Position numbers and translations under genes: made by a program. This document shows positions 20,127 to 31,389 of a stretch of 64,000 nucleotides of DNA, in pieces. This DNA is from Myxococcota bacterium (GTDB taxonomy: Bacteria > Myxococcota_A > Bradymonadia > UBA7976 > UBA1532). The DNA lies in contig JAYZEG010000062.1 of assembly GCA_036337435.1 (NCBI GenBank), positions 64,001-128,000 on the forward strand, in the 5' to 3' direction. Below the pieces are notes generated by a model. The model had not been told where the DNA came from. It did not search any database and saw only the letters and a list, made by a program, of their open reading frames with translations. Numbering within the stretch: the first letter of the stretch is position 1; each line of letters begins with the position of its first letter.

Positions 20127-20675
20127 ATGAACCGCTTAATCCACATCACATTGATTCTGCAGACGGTTGGTATCTGTGGCTTCCTCATCTGGATGGTCAT
20201 GCGTCCAACCGGGGCCGACCCGTCCCAGCCATTTGTTGAACTGCAAGCGTTCACAGACCGCTTTGGCCCAGACAAAGCAGTCAATGCGCTTGGCCCCAGC
20301 ATTTTTCAAAAAGCGGCGGCACTCTGCCGCAGAGAAGCATGCATTCAAGCGCGTTATGGTGGGAATCGCGGTCGTTGGTTGACGGTCACTGCGGCCAAAC
20401 AGCGAGACCCGTGTACAAGTTTTTCCCATGCACCGTGCGGTCGCACTGCCATTACACGGGAACTAAAGAAAGTCGTCGGTCGCATCAATCGTTGCGCTGT
20501 TGTCGGCAGCTTGAAGCGCAGTTCCGATGTACGGCTCCGGGTTGAATGCGATGGCGTTCAAGATTTTGTAACCGTCGAGAGGCGTGGACCGAACGGCTGG
20601 GCGATTGTCGGGGATGAACGTTATCCCGGTTTTCTACCACGCATTCATTCAGCGACTTTCAATCGGCCAAATTAG
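20127..20675 (+). CDS. Hypothetical membrane-anchored protein
   Basis: ATG 20127 begins a TM segment (LIHITLILQTVGICGFLIW), followed by a Cys-containing soluble domain. The longer ORF from 19788 overlaps gltX. Confidence 0.6.
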   Translation: MNRLIHITLILQTVGICGFLIWMVMRPTGADPSQPFVELQAFTDRFGPDKAVNALGPSIFQKAAALCRREACIQARYGGNRGRWLTVTAAKQRDPCTSFSHAPCGRTAITRELKKVVGRINRCAVVGSLKRSSDVRLRVECDGVQDFVTVERRGPNGWAIVGDERYPGFLPRIHSATFNRPN

Positions 20676-21027
20676 CTGCTGTATCTGCCCGAAGATGGTC
20701 TCCGCTCTTGGCATTTTGAAATCAGTCGTTTGGCAAGCACTTTGGCGGCTTCTAAACATCTAAAAGCTCACAAAAAACACAATCTTCACGTGCTTTGATG
20801 GGCAGATTTTTGTCTAAATAGCCCCATCTTGAGGACCCCAATACAAATCACACTTGCAATTTGAAGACCAAGTTCTATGGCTCTTTCTAACTGTATGTTT
20901 TTAATACCAATAGCTCATTCGATTCAGAATGTTTCCCAGCTTTTTCGACGAACAACAGTCATATTAAATAATAGAACTACATGTAAAAAAATATATTCTA
21001 ATGAAAGTTTGTTCTTTACATGCACCT

Positions 21028-21075
21028 ACACAATATCTACTGTATTCACATGAGGTTGGATACCACATATTGGGG
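21028..21075 (+). promoter_or_regulatory. Tandem NrdR boxes
   Basis: ACACAATATCTACTGT (21028-21043) and ATACCACATATTGGGG (21060-21075) match acaCwAtATaTwGtgt. They start 32 bp apart, upstream of a ribonucleotide reductase. Confidence 0.78.
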
Positions 21076-21298
21076 CAGACGTAGGAAGAACAGAAAAATT
21101 GAGTATTCTCAAACACTTCTGATTTTTTTTGTAAAAGCCCTTGTATGGCCGGTTCCAAGCGGTTAAACACGACAAATGTCAGACTTTTGGCACCACCGTT
21201 TTTCGTTGGTTCTGGAAGCCCTGAACTACCATTCATTGTCGGTTTGTAACTAAAGAGACGTCCCGGGGCGAACGGGATAGGTGTATATAGGTGTGTCC

Positions 21299-24200
21299 AT
21301 GAGACTCAAAAGGCGATTTACGAAGGAATTATCTTCTCCTTACGAGAACTTAGAGTTCGAAGTACGAAAGAGCGAAATCAGAAATCCTGATGGTTCTATC
21401 GTATTCTTAAACGAACGAGTCGAAGTTCCATCGAGTTGGAGCCAAGTCGCGACGGATATTATCGCCCAGAAGTACTTTCGTAAGGCCGGCGTCCCGGCGT
21501 ACACGCGACCCGTTGTAGAGGACGGTGTACCTGAGTGGTTGTGGCGACACGAGCCAGATCAAAGCAAACTCAACGACCTGCCCGTCGAAGAGCGCTTTGG
21601 TGGCGAACATGATTCCCGGCAAGTTTTTGACCGACTGGCTGGTTGCTGGACCTATTGGGGATGGCAACATGGCTATTTTTCCGACGAAGAAAGTGCGCAG
21701 GTTTACTACGATGAAATGCGCTCAATGCTGGCCACACAAATGGCGGCACCCAATAGCCCTCAATGGTTTAACACAGGCTTACACTGGGCCTATGGAATCG
21801 CAGGGCCTGCGCAAGGTCACGCTTATTGTGATCACGAAACCGGTGAGACGCGGATGAGCGAAAACGCGTATGAGCGACCTCAGCCTCACGCATGCTTCAT
21901 TCAGTCCGTCGGCGATGACCTGGTCAATGAGGGGGGCATCATGGACCTGTGGGTTCGTGAAGCTCGCTTATTTAAGTTCGGGAGCGGCACGGGTACAAAC
22001 TTCAGCTCCTTGCGCGGCGAAAATGAACCCCTGACCGGTGGCGGTAAATCCAGTGGTCTGATGAGTTTCCTTCGAATTGGTGATCGTGCCGCTGGGGCCA
22101 TCAAGAGCGGTGGGACAACCAGGCGAGCTGCTAAGATGGTGACCCTTGACGTCGATCATCCTGACATCGAGCAATATATCGATTGGAAGCAGCGTGAAGA
22201 GCACAAGGTTGCAGCACTTGTCGCGGGCTCCAAAGCAACGCGGTATCACCTGACTCGCATCTTGGAAGCGACGCGGGTGGAGGTTGATGGTGATAGCCTA
22301 AACCCGAAGGACAACCTGGCCCTCCGAAAAGCCATTGGTGAAGCGAAGAAAGCCAACATCGTGCCAGCCTACATTCAACGAATTCTTCAGTTGGCCAAAC
22401 AAGGCATCACGGATATTGAATTCGATGAGTACGATGTCGATTGGCAATCAGAAGCCTACAGCACGGTCGGTGGTCAAAACAGCAATAACTCAGTGCGCTT
22501 GAGCGACGATTTCATGAACGCAGTCTGTGAGGATGAAGATTGGAATCTGATTCGCAGAACCGACGGCGAAATTGCAAAGACCGTCTCTGCCACGGGGCTC
22601 TGGGACCAGATCGCAAACGCGGCATGGTCGTGTGCTGACCCAGGTCTTCAATTCGATACGACCATCAATGATTGGCACACGTGTCCAAGTGCTGGGCGAA
22701 TCAACGCAAGTAATCCATGTTCCGAATACATGTTCTTGGACAACACGGCCTGTAATCTTGCATCAAGCAATTTGATGAAGTTCATGACCGATAACTACAC
22801 AAAGTTTGATGTAGACGCTTTCAAGCATGCGTGTCGTTTATGGACAATCACCCTTGAAATTTCCGTGGCCATGGCCCAGTTCCCGAGCGAGGAAATTGCT
22901 AAGTTAAGCTGGACATACCGTACGCTCGGTCTCGGTTATGCGAATCTCGGAACCATTCTCATGGTTATGGGGATTCCTTATGACTCGGTTAAGGCAACCA
23001 ACATTGCGGGTGCTATCACTGCAATTATGACCGCAACGAGCTATGAGACCAGTGCTGAATTGGCGGCGCATTTGGGGCCCTTTGCTGGCTATGAAGACAA
23101 TAAGAATGACATGCTCCGCGTCATTCGAAATCATCGTCGAGCGGCCTATGATGTTCCATCGACGGACTACGAGGGGCTCAACACAATACCCGTGGGCATT
23201 GACCCAGAGCATTGCCCAGAATACCTACTCAATGCCGCACGTAAGACTTGGGACCTCGCTTTGGAGAAAGGTGAGCGTTACGGCTTTAGGAACGCGCAGG
23301 TCTCTGTCATCGCACCGACCGGCACCATCGGGTTGGTTATGGATTGTGACACAACAGGTGTCGAACCCGACTTTGCACTGGTCAAATTTAAGAAACTTGC
23401 CGGTGGCGGATACTTCAAGATCATAAATCAATCAGTGCCTTTGGCTTTGAGTCGACTCGGGTATTCCGACGACCAGATTACGGCGATTGTCAATTACTGC
23501 AAAGGGGCTGGTACGCTGGATGGCTGTCCACATATAAACCCCGAAAAGCTCAAAGAGCACGGATTCGACGCTGACATGCTTCAGCGGATTGAAGGGTTGG
23601 CTGGCAGCGCATTCGACCTCAATATGGTCTTCAATCGGTTCACCTTCGGAGATCAGTACATTATCGACCGTCTCGGGATTCCAGAGCCGACAATCAATCG
23701 GCCCGATTTTGACTTGTTGTCATCCCTCGGGCTCACCAAGAAGCAAATCGCCGAAGCAAATGATTATGTTTGCGGTACGATGACTGTTGAAGGCGCGCCA
23801 GCCCTTAAAGAGAAAGATTTGGCGGTCTTTGACTGTGCCAACAAGTGTGGAAAGAACGGTAAGCGATTTATTCGTGCTGAGGCCCATATTGAAATGATGG
23901 CGTCAACCCAGCCGTTTATTAGTGGTGCGATCAGTAAGACCATTAATATGCCAAATGAGGCCAGCATTGAGGATGTTCAATCCGCATACATGTTGAGCTG
24001 GACCCGCGGCCTCAAGGCCAATGCCATTTATCGTGATGGCAGTAAATTAAGTCAGCCTTTGTCCGCCACAGTCTTCGATTTTGATGATCAAGACGACGCA
24101 TTGGAGAACGGAACTCAGTTGGAGTTGCCCGTTGCAGTCGACCAGCCTGCTGTCGCAGCTGCTCAAATTGCAGAAAAGGTGATCGTACGTTATCTCGCCC

Positions 24201-24994
24201 GACGCCGGAAGCTCCCTGGTCGCCGAAGTGGATACACACAGAAAGCATCTGTTGGTGGGCATAAAGTCTACTTGCGCACGGGTGAATATGAAGATGGAAC
24301 ATTGGGTGAAGTCTTTATCGACATGCACAAAGAGGGCGCGGCTTTCCGAAGCCTAATGAACTCTTTTGCAATCGCAGTTTCTCTGGGTCTTCAATACGGC
24401 GTACCCTTGGAAGAGTTTGTCGATGCTTTCATCTTCACGCGATTCGAGCCCAACGGCATGGTCATGGGTAACGATCGAATCAAGATGTCTACATCGGTCA
24501 TCGACTATATCTTCAGAGATTTGGCGGTGAATTACTTGGGTCGTAACGAGCTGGCCCAGGTCAGTGAAGAAGACTTGAGAGCCGATGCGGTCAATCAGCC
24601 GGAGCCAGAGCCTGAGTACACTGAAGAGGTGGTCGTACAAGAGCGTCGAGTTGCCAATAGTTCCCACGTCTATGACTTCGCGAACGGTCCTAATGGTGCC
24701 GATGAATCGATGGGCAATGAACCACAGGCATCCTCAGCCTTGATTGAGGCACCCTCTGGTTATGCGCCCAATCCGCCTCGGACAGAAAACATCACATTGG
24801 TTGAGTCGCTCAGTTCTGGTTCGGTGAACATCATGACAAGTGTCAACGGCAGCACGAGCGCGAAAGCCATACAAGTCGCAAAGCAGCAAGGCTTCGAAGG
24901 TGACCCATGTATGTCATGTGGAGCGATGATGCTGGTTCGCAACGGCACATGTTTGAAGTGTATGAATTGCGGAAGCACATCCGGTTGTAGCTGA
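21299..24994 (+). CDS. nrdJ: Vitamin B12-dependent (class II) ribonucleotide reductase, long form with C-terminal TSCPD-like and Zn-ribbon region
   Basis: [48 protein letters not shown] and C-terminal CMSC...[11 protein letters not shown]. Start ATG 21299 or GTG 21281. Confidence 0.96.
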   Translation: MRLKRRFTKELSSPYENLEFEVRKSEIRNPDGSIVFLNERVEVPSSWSQVATDIIAQKYFRKAGVPAYTRPVVEDGVPEWLWRHEPDQSKLNDLPVEERFGGEHDSRQVFDRLAGCWTYWGWQHGYFSDEESAQVYYDEMRSMLATQMAAPNSPQWFNTGLHWAYGIAGPAQGHAYCDHETGETRMSENAYERPQPHACFIQSVGDDLVNEGGIMDLWVREARLFKFGSGTGTNFSSLRGENEPLTGGGKSSGLMSFLRIGDRAAGAIKSGGTTRRAAKMVTLDVDHPDIEQYIDWKQREEHKVAALVAGSKATRYHLTRILEATRVEVDGDSLNPKDNLALRKAIGEAKKANIVPAYIQRILQLAKQGITDIEFDEYDVDWQSEAYSTVGGQNSNNSVRLSDDFMNAVCEDEDWNLIRRTDGEIAKTVSATGLWDQIANAAWSCADPGLQFDTTINDWHTCPSAGRINASNPCSEYMFLDNTACNLASSNLMKFMTDNYTKFDVDAFKHACRLWTITLEISVAMAQFPSEEIAKLSWTYRTLGLGYANLGTILMVMGIPYDSVKATNIAGAITAIMTATSYETSAELAAHLGPFAGYEDNKNDMLRVIRNHRRAAYDVPSTDYEGLNTIPVGIDPEHCPEYLLNAARKTWDLALEKGERYGFRNAQVSVIAPTGTIGLVMDCDTTGVEPDFALVKFKKLAGGGYFKIINQSVPLALSRLGYSDDQITAIVNYCKGAGTLDGCPHINPEKLKEHGFDADMLQRIEGLAGSAFDLNMVFNRFTFGDQYIIDRLGIPEPTINRPDFDLLSSLGLTKKQIAEANDYVCGTMTVEGAPALKEKDLAVFDCANKCGKNGKRFIRAEAHIEMMASTQPFISGAISKTINMPNEASIEDVQSAYMLSWTRGLKANAIYRDGSKLSQPLSATVFDFDDQDDALENGTQLELPVAVDQPAVAAAQIAEKVIVRYLARRRKLPGRRSGYTQKASVGGHKVYLRTGEYEDGTLGEVFIDMHKEGAAFRSLMNSFAIAVSLGLQYGVPLEEFVDAFIFTRFEPNGMVMGNDRIKMSTSVIDYIFRDLAVNYLGRNELAQVSEEDLRADAVNQPEPEPEYTEEVVVQERRVANSSHVYDFANGPNGADESMGNEPQASSALIEAPSGYAPNPPRTENITLVESLSSGSVNIMTSVNGSTSAKAIQVAKQQGFEGDPCMSCGAMMLVRNGTCLKCMNCGSTSGCS

Positions 24995-25004
24995 AAACTG
25001 ATCT

Positions 25005-25050
25005 AGGTCTCGCTCGATGAAAAGACGGGTGAGACCTGCCTCTTCTTTTC
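25005..25050 (+). terminator. Stem-loop after nrdJ, between convergent genes
   Basis: AGGTCTCGCTCG pairs with CGGGTGAGACCT (with G-U pairs), followed by a pyrimidine-rich tract. Confidence 0.5.
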
Positions 25051-25056
25051 CGCCGT

Positions 25057-25602
25057 CTACTCTAAGAAATGGATGTGTTCTCCGATGGACGGGCGTTCAA
25101 TCGTCGGAACGTTCTTAGGCTCACCAAACCAAATGAAGCCGACAACCTTTTCTGCATCTGAGTCAATCTTGAGCAGCTCACAGATATCAGCGTGCTGGGT
25201 GAGGCTCCCTGTCGACCATTTGGAACCAAGCCCCTCGCCTTTAGCAGCCAACAGCATATTTTGAATCGCACAGCAGGTCGCTGCATAATCTTCTTGTTCT
25301 TGAAACGCGTTGTCTGAGCGTGTCTGAGTCACAACAACAAGCGCGGCTGGATTGATCAGTTTTGCCCGGACACGCTTTTTCATATTTTCCTCGGTCACGT
25401 TCTTCAATTTATAGGCAATCGGCAGCAGTGCCTGGCGCGTCTCAGGGCCGACGACAGTAAACCGCCAGGGCCAGGTGAATCTGTGATTTGGCGCCATATG
25501 CCCCGCGGCCAAAATTCGATTGAGGACTTCGGGATTGATTGTCGACGGATTGTAATTATGAACCGTTCGCCGTTGATTAATCGCATCGTAGATATTCATC
25601 AC
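25057..25602 (-). CDS. Nitroreductase family protein (YdjA-like)
   Basis: AINQRRTV, APNHRFTWPWRF, AIQNMLLAAKGEGLGSKWSTG. Confidence 0.9.
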   Translation of the reverse strand: MMNIYDAINQRRTVHNYNPSTINPEVLNRILAAGHMAPNHRFTWPWRFTVVGPETRQALLPIAYKLKNVTEENMKKRVRAKLINPAALVVVTQTRSDNAFQEQEDYAATCCAIQNMLLAAKGEGLGSKWSTGSLTQHADICELLKIDSDAEKVVGFIWFGEPKNVPTIERPSIGEHIHFLE

Positions 25603-25816
25603 GTTCTCCTTAACTGCTTAGAGGCGTAGAATGGCGTTTTCGATTCATATCTTCAAGTTGGCCATACGATGAAAAAAACGTGACCACCATCCACAGCCCT
25701 AAATCGGAAATAACCTTGGTTCAAGCCGTCTTGACCGCGCCGCCAAGGACGAACTAATCGAATTGAGCGATTAAATTCTATAGGGAATAGTACGGGTACA
25801 CCCCGGCGGTGTTGAG

Positions 25817-25858
25817 GAAAAGTGAAACTGGGATTTGATTGGTTACTCAAATCCCAGT
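25817..25858 (-). terminator. Probable intrinsic terminator downstream of hsp20
   Basis: Perfect 12-bp inverted repeat ACTGGGATTTGA (25827-25838) / TCAAATCCCAGT (25847-25858), followed on the minus strand by TTCACTTTT. Confidence 0.6.
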
Positions 25859-25933
25859 CCAGCCCGGTTTGTCATCGCCCTAAAAACAGTCGGCTACATC
25901 CATGGGCAAAATTATTTGGATGGCGTCTCGCGG

Positions 25934-26365
25934 TTACTGGTTAATGGGAATTTTCCTGACCTTATCCTCGGCTCGTTTCGGCAAGGTCACCGAGAGCAAG
26001 CCATGCTCGAGGGACGCGTTGATTTTATCTAAATCGACGGATTCAGGGACTCTGAGCACACGTCTGAAGGTCATGTTCCGGCGACTCACTACATGCGGCG
26101 TCTCTGGGCTTTCTTTTTCTGTCTCTCGGTCGGCCGTTATCCTTAAATTCTTGCCGTCTAAAGTGACGTCGACATGGCTCGAATGGAAGCCAGGCAGGTC
26201 CGCATGGAGGACGTAATGGTCATCGTTCTCATAAACATCGATGCCCTTATTCCCCGGGTTGCCAAAATATTTTTGTCCCGAGTCGCCAGTGAGATAGTCC
26301 AGGTGATTTTGGACAGCGCGACTGATGTGAAGTGATGGTGTAAGCGTTGTAAATCGAGTAAACAT
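25934..26365 (-). CDS. Hsp20/alpha-crystallin small heat-shock protein
   Basis: DVYENDDHYVLHADLPG, ASLEHGLLSVTLPK, C-terminal I-x-I (KIPIN); GGAG RBS. Confidence 0.9.
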   Translation of the reverse strand: MFTRFTTLTPSLHISRAVQNHLDYLTGDSGQKYFGNPGNKGIDVYENDDHYVLHADLPGFHSSHVDVTLDGKNLRITADRETEKESPETPHVVSRRNMTFRRVLRVPESVDLDKINASLEHGLLSVTLPKRAEDKVRKIPINQ

Positions 26366-26699
26366 ACACGTCTCCTATTCGGTTATCGAAATCCGATAAA
26401 CGTTCTTTATCATTATGGTTTTTTGGTTTTTGTCGGCGCGTCCGCTGACATTTTAACGGATGTACACGGTCCGACTCACTGTCAAGTGATCAAACCAATA
26501 ATTTCTTCAATTATGGCTGTCTAGCCTCACAAAAACCAATGATGGAATACGTCATTGCTACAAAAAAACAGCAGTCTTTAAATAATCGTAAGAATCAAAC
26601 CCTATCCTTTTCTGTAGGGGATTGGGTGGACCTGCGTACTCAGTGACATCCTATATTTTAGGCTCGTGATTTCTCGCACCTTGGTGAGTTGGGGGTTTT

Positions 26700-27182
26700 T
26701 TGCGTTTGGTACACATCATTTTGCTCGCTGTTTTGGCGTCCAGTTTCGGCTGTTCCTCAGAATTAGATGACAGCAATATACCGGACTATCGAGACCCTAA
26801 ATCCGAGTTTGGACCCCCGGTGATGATGACTCAGGATGCGCCCAAAGGAGACGCACCGAATACCCCTCCTAAGATTGTAAGAGTCCGGTGGCAGTCGGCT
26901 GAAGATTGCAGCACCGACACCATCTCCCCGGTTCAGTTCGCCATCGAGGTCGACGGGGCCAGTGACCAAGCGACCGAGTTGATTTTTGACGGTGCGGTCA
27001 GTGGGTGTGATTCAGAGGCCAACCGCTTTGGCTCTATGATTAATGGACCTCGGGTTCGACTCAGCTGCCATCACGTTTCAGTCCATCGAGCCTTCTTGAC
27101 GGTTGTTGACCAGCAGGGTCGGGGCGATAGTCTGGCATTCCAATTTGGCCCCTGCAGTCGCGGCGTTATCGACACGCACTAG
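26700..27182 (+). CDS. Hypothetical lipoprotein
   Basis: Lipobox SFGC, Pro-rich linker, beta-rich domain with four Cys. Confidence 0.65.
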   Translation: MRLVHIILLAVLASSFGCSSELDDSNIPDYRDPKSEFGPPVMMTQDAPKGDAPNTPPKIVRVRWQSAEDCSTDTISPVQFAIEVDGASDQATELIFDGAVSGCDSEANRFGSMINGPRVRLSCHHVSVHRAFLTVVDQQGRGDSLAFQFGPCSRGVIDTH

Positions 27183-27194
27183 ACGCCGGGCTTC

Positions 27195-27665
27195 CTACAT
27201 CCACGGACACCTTGCGTCATTTTCAATGGTAATGCGCGTCGGCAGCAGGGGAAGTACGCAAGAACCAACCTGATTGATTCGCCCTGATTTACTGCCACCG
27301 AACCTCATTTTTCGAGTGGTAATTGACACATCGATTTCCACATTGTTTCCCAGACTTTTTAGGCATTCACGAATTTTAATGAGTGCTTTTGGTGCTTTAT
27401 CATCCAGGTCGGCCTTGCCCACATGGATAGACTCGATGGTGCCTGGGCATTCACTGTATTTTAAAGCAACGTATTTTTCGCCTGGGTCGTCCTTAACCGG
27501 TGAGTCAACAATGGTTGCTTTCTTGTTCAGGTCATTGAATTCATAAATTAACGAACTGCCCGATAGCCAGCTCAAAAAATAGGTCGTCACCGTGATCAAG
27601 ACGGTCACTGAGAGAAGAAATTTAAAGACCGGGAATGGTCTCGCAGCTGGTTGGCTGTCGGTCAT
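27195..27665 (-). CDS. Hypothetical membrane-anchored protein
   Basis: Single N-terminal TM and a soluble domain with four Cys. Confidence 0.65.
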   Translation of the reverse strand: MTDSQPAARPFPVFKFLLSVTVLITVTTYFLSWLSGSSLIYEFNDLNKKATIVDSPVKDDPGEKYVALKYSECPGTIESIHVGKADLDDKAPKALIKIRECLKSLGNNVEIDVSITTRKMRFGGSKSGRINQVGSCVLPLLPTRITIENDARCPWM

Positions 27666-27910
27666 CGAAACACCTGTTGGTTATTTGGATTGGGGTCATG
27701 TACCTCAGTCCAAGCAGTGTGACTTAAATTGGTCGAGAAGTCACCTCACAATCACGTCGGCCAACATGAGCATCAGACGCAGAGCGCAAGGAGTGTCCAT
27801 CGACATTCGCCCTAAATGGCCGGCCTCTCAATCTGAATTAGAAAGCCGTTAATTTTTTTCATTCGTGCCCCAAGCATGTCATTCTATCCATCCAAAAGGT
27901 AGGGTCAGCC

Positions 27911-29731
27911 ATGCGTCCAATCGAGGGTCAGTCATATACTGAAGACACAAAATATGCGCTCAGTACCAGTGCATTATTTCACGGACTCTCCGACGAGCAA
28001 TTAGCAGATGTCGCCAAGCACGGCTCACTTTTCCGATATACGGTCGGTCAACATCTGGCCAGGCAGGGCGAACCGTCAGACGCATTTGATATTTTCGTCA
28101 AAGGCGCAGCTGTCGTTCAGCTCGACGATTCGAAGAGTGGGAGCACCGTTGAATTGGCCCGACTCTCACCACCCGATTCCGTAGGCGAGATGGGTGTTTT
28201 GCTTGAAACACCTCGATCGGCCAGTGTCTTGGCTATCGACGATGAGGTGATCGTCATTCGGTTCACAAAAACCCAGTTTTCGAGAATGATTCAGTCGCTC
28301 CCATTCTTCGGTTTGGTGTTGTCTCGAACTTTGGCCGCGCGGCTCCATGCTGTCAATCGCCAAGTCTCATTACCGGAGCACCTCTTCGAGTCTGACCAAC
28401 TTGATGAAGACCTATTTCGCCTTCTGCCAGCCGACTTCATTAGCCGTCATCGGGTTCTGCCTGTGTCCCTTGATCACCATCATGTGACCATTGGGTTCGT
28501 CGATCAGCCAACGGATACGTTATTGCAAAGAATCCAACGTTTGTTGACGGGCATGGTTGTTCGACCGGTTAGCCTCACAGCAGAGCAATTTGATGAGACA
28601 GCACCTAAATTTGGCGTTCGTCCGCAAAGCACGATTATGGCGTCGCAGTCCATGAACACGCAGACTGTTTTCCCCCTCGATTCAATCCTGCGGCAAGTGG
28701 TCGCTGAGGGGGCGTCAGACCTGCACATCTCTGCCAACCAGGTTCCTCGATGGCGCATCGATGGCGCGCTCATTCCCATCCCTGGACACACCGGTCTCAC
28801 ATCCAGTGCGATCGCATCGGCAATGAACGACATTATGCCTTTATCTCGGCAAAAAGAATTCGCTCAGACCAATGATACAGATTTCGCATATCAGCTCGGC
28901 GAACAAGCCCGATTTCGAGTCAATGTATTTCGAGATATTCATGGGGTGAGTGCGGTACTGAGACATATTCCGAGCCTCATCAGAACGCCCGCGCAGCTTG
29001 GGCTCCCAGAGATTATTTCGAGTTTTTGCAAAATGCCCCATGGCTTAATTCTGGTCACGGGTCCAACAGGCAGTGGCAAATCCACGACGTTGGCTGCGAT
29101 GATCGACTCCATAAATCGCGAGCGTGCAGAGCACATCATTACCCTCGAAGACCCGGTTGAGTTTGTCCACAAGTCAAGTCAATCCATGGTCAATCAGCGT
29201 GAAGTTGGGTCTCATACAGACTCCTTCGCTCGCGCACTTCGGGCCGCGCTTCGTGAAGACCCAGATGTCGTTCTTGTTGGAGAGTTGAGAGATTTAGAAA
29301 CCATTTCTCTGGCCATTGAGACAGCTCAGACAGGTCATCTCGTTTTTGCCACCTTGCATACGTCGACCGCCATTGGGACCATAGACCGAATCGTTGGTAT
29401 GTTTCCGCCCGACCAACAAGGTCAGACTCGCTTAAGTTTGGCTGAGGTCTTGAAGGGTGTGGTTGCACAGACTTTGCTGCCCAGACGAACGGGCGGGCGT
29501 GTTGCGGCCTTTGAAATCCTGGTCAGCAGCCCTGCGGTGGCCAATCTGATACGAGAAGCAAAATCTGCCCAATTGGTCAGCACGATGGAAGTGGGCCGCA
29601 AAGCGGGCAACTCACTGCTCAATGATGAATTGGTTCGATTGGTGAACTCGGGCCTTGTCGAGATGGACGTCGCTCATCGACACGCCATTCATAAAGACGA
29701 CTTTTTGAAACGCTTGAAGCGTGTGAAGTAG
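27911..29731 (+). CDS. pilT: PilT/PilU-family type IV pilus retraction ATPase fused to cNMP-binding and T2SSE_N-like domains
   Basis: cNMP motifs (RQGEPSDAFDIFVKG; VGEMGVLLETPRSASV). PilT motifs: ASDLHI, GPTGSGKST, TLEDPVE, LREDPDVVLVGE, TLHT, AVANLIRE. Confidence 0.88.
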   Translation: MRPIEGQSYTEDTKYALSTSALFHGLSDEQLADVAKHGSLFRYTVGQHLARQGEPSDAFDIFVKGAAVVQLDDSKSGSTVELARLSPPDSVGEMGVLLETPRSASVLAIDDEVIVIRFTKTQFSRMIQSLPFFGLVLSRTLAARLHAVNRQVSLPEHLFESDQLDEDLFRLLPADFISRHRVLPVSLDHHHVTIGFVDQPTDTLLQRIQRLLTGMVVRPVSLTAEQFDETAPKFGVRPQSTIMASQSMNTQTVFPLDSILRQVVAEGASDLHISANQVPRWRIDGALIPIPGHTGLTSSAIASAMNDIMPLSRQKEFAQTNDTDFAYQLGEQARFRVNVFRDIHGVSAVLRHIPSLIRTPAQLGLPEIISSFCKMPHGLILVTGPTGSGKSTTLAAMIDSINRERAEHIITLEDPVEFVHKSSQSMVNQREVGSHTDSFARALRAALREDPDVVLVGELRDLETISLAIETAQTGHLVFATLHTSTAIGTIDRIVGMFPPDQQGQTRLSLAEVLKGVVAQTLLPRRTGGRVAAFEILVSSPAVANLIREAKSAQLVSTMEVGRKAGNSLLNDELVRLVNSGLVEMDVAHRHAIHKDDFLKRLKRVK

Positions 29732-29760
29732 ATGCGTCAGGGAACGGTCTTACCTGAGCG

Positions 29761-31329
29761 TCAGTCATCCCTCAGGAGCTTTTCGATTTCGGCGACCGCG
29801 TCATCGATTGGAATTCTCCTCTGATCCATCGTGTCTCGGTCCCGGATTGTAATGGTTCCATCGTCTAGGGTTTCCCCATCGATGGTTAGGCACCATGGCG
29901 TTCCGATTTCGTCATGGCGTCGATATCGCTTACCAATGGCATTTTGTGCGTCATAAGACGCGTTTATACCGCGGCGGAAAAGGGTATCGACCAAAGCACG
30001 CGCTTTCTCAGGCATGCCATTTTTCTTGACCAGCGGCATGACCGCCACCTTGACTGGTGCCAATTGTGGGTGGAGCTTGAGCACGACTCGGGTGTCCGTC
30101 CCCTTTGGCCCTTCCACTTCCTCCTCATGGTACGCATCACAGAGATAGGTCAGTACGCCGCGAGTTGCTCCAGCGGCCGGTTCGATTACGTAAGGCGTGT
30201 ATCGCTTACGCTCAACCGGATCAAAATATTCGATCTTGGAACCACTGTGCTCTGCGTGTTTTTTGAGGTCATAGTCGGTTCGATTGGCAATCCCTTCCAA
30301 TTCGTCCCAACCCCAAGGAAATCGATATTCAACGTCGTAGCACCCTTTGGCGTAATGAGCTAACTCACTGGCCTCATGAGCTCTCACTCTGAAGTTCTCC
30401 GGGTTGTTGGCAAATTTTCTCCACCATCCCATCCGTGTTTCTTTCCAATATTCGAACCACTCATCTTCAGTGCCCGGTTCACAGAAAAACTCCATTTCCA
30501 TTTGCTCAAATTCACAGGACCGAAAGATGAAGTGCTCGACGGTGATTTCATTTCGAAATGATTTCCCGGCTTGAGCGATTCCAAATGGAATTTTCAGAGA
30601 CATCGATTGCTGAATATTTGCATATTGAACAAACATGGCTTGCGCCGTTTCTGGCCTCAGATAGACGGTGCTATCCTTCGTAAAGCCATCCAGCTTACTT
30701 CTCAAATCGGATCCGCTCAGCCCATCAAATTCGCCCGATTCGATGGCTGAGGCAAGAGCACCCATGGGGTCCACTGGTCCGTAGAAACTTCTAAACATGA
30801 GGTTGAAGTTGCGTTCTTCGCTCATGAAAGGCGACCCACAATTTGGACAGACGTAGGGTCTATTGCCTGCCTTTGCACCAATAAGTTGTCGCCCCGAGCG
30901 CTCCAATGTGACGCCAAATTGCTCTTGAATATAGCCGAGAGCCGTCTTTGCGCGGCCTTTATCCGCGAGTTCGATGGTCACGTCTTGGCCCGGTTCGACC
31001 ACGGGTGCTTTATCGGCGCGAAACCGTTCTTTACAGACTTTGCAGTCGACCAAGGGGTCGCTGAACCCTGACAGATGACCTGAAGCCTGCCAGACTTTGG
31101 GATGCATAATGATAGATGCATCTAAGCCGACTACATCCTCACGGCTATGCACCGTATCGCGCCACCAAGCGTTCATCAGATTCCGCTTCATCTCGACGCC
31201 AAGCGGACCATAGTCGTACGCGCTTTTCAGACCCCCGTAAATTTCAGAAGACTGAAATACGAACCCGCGTCGTTTGCAAAGCGAAATGATTTTCTGCATT
31301 CGGTCGTCGGTCACCAGATGATCCTCCAA
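29761..31329 (-). CDS. glyQS: Glycine--tRNA ligase, alpha2 (eukaryote/archaea-like) type
   Basis: LCKRRGF, YDYGPLG, YLRPETAQ, GKSFRNEI, ELEGIANR, IGKRYRRHDEIGTP. Confidence 0.96.
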   Translation of the reverse strand: MEDHLVTDDRMQKIISLCKRRGFVFQSSEIYGGLKSAYDYGPLGVEMKRNLMNAWWRDTVHSREDVVGLDASIIMHPKVWQASGHLSGFSDPLVDCKVCKERFRADKAPVVEPGQDVTIELADKGRAKTALGYIQEQFGVTLERSGRQLIGAKAGNRPYVCPNCGSPFMSEERNFNLMFRSFYGPVDPMGALASAIESGEFDGLSGSDLRSKLDGFTKDSTVYLRPETAQAMFVQYANIQQSMSLKIPFGIAQAGKSFRNEITVEHFIFRSCEFEQMEMEFFCEPGTEDEWFEYWKETRMGWWRKFANNPENFRVRAHEASELAHYAKGCYDVEYRFPWGWDELEGIANRTDYDLKKHAEHSGSKIEYFDPVERKRYTPYVIEPAAGATRGVLTYLCDAYHEEEVEGPKGTDTRVVLKLHPQLAPVKVAVMPLVKKNGMPEKARALVDTLFRRGINASYDAQNAIGKRYRRHDEIGTPWCLTIDGETLDDGTITIRDRDTMDQRRIPIDDAVAEIEKLLRDD

Positions 31330-31389
31330 TGAGAGATTTGGGGGGCATCCTACAGACCAAGATCACGTACGGCAAGCAGACCAGAAATT

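Noticed and set aside
21299..24994. Possible intein in the 1230-aa ribonucleotide reductase
   Set aside because: I saw no intein splice-junction or LAGLIDADG motifs. The length is explained by the long NrdJ form with its C-terminal domain.
25653..25850. 65-aa minus-strand ORF between hsp20 and the nitroreductase
   Set aside because: Its TTG start lies inside the terminator hairpin and it has no recognisable motif, so it is unsupported.
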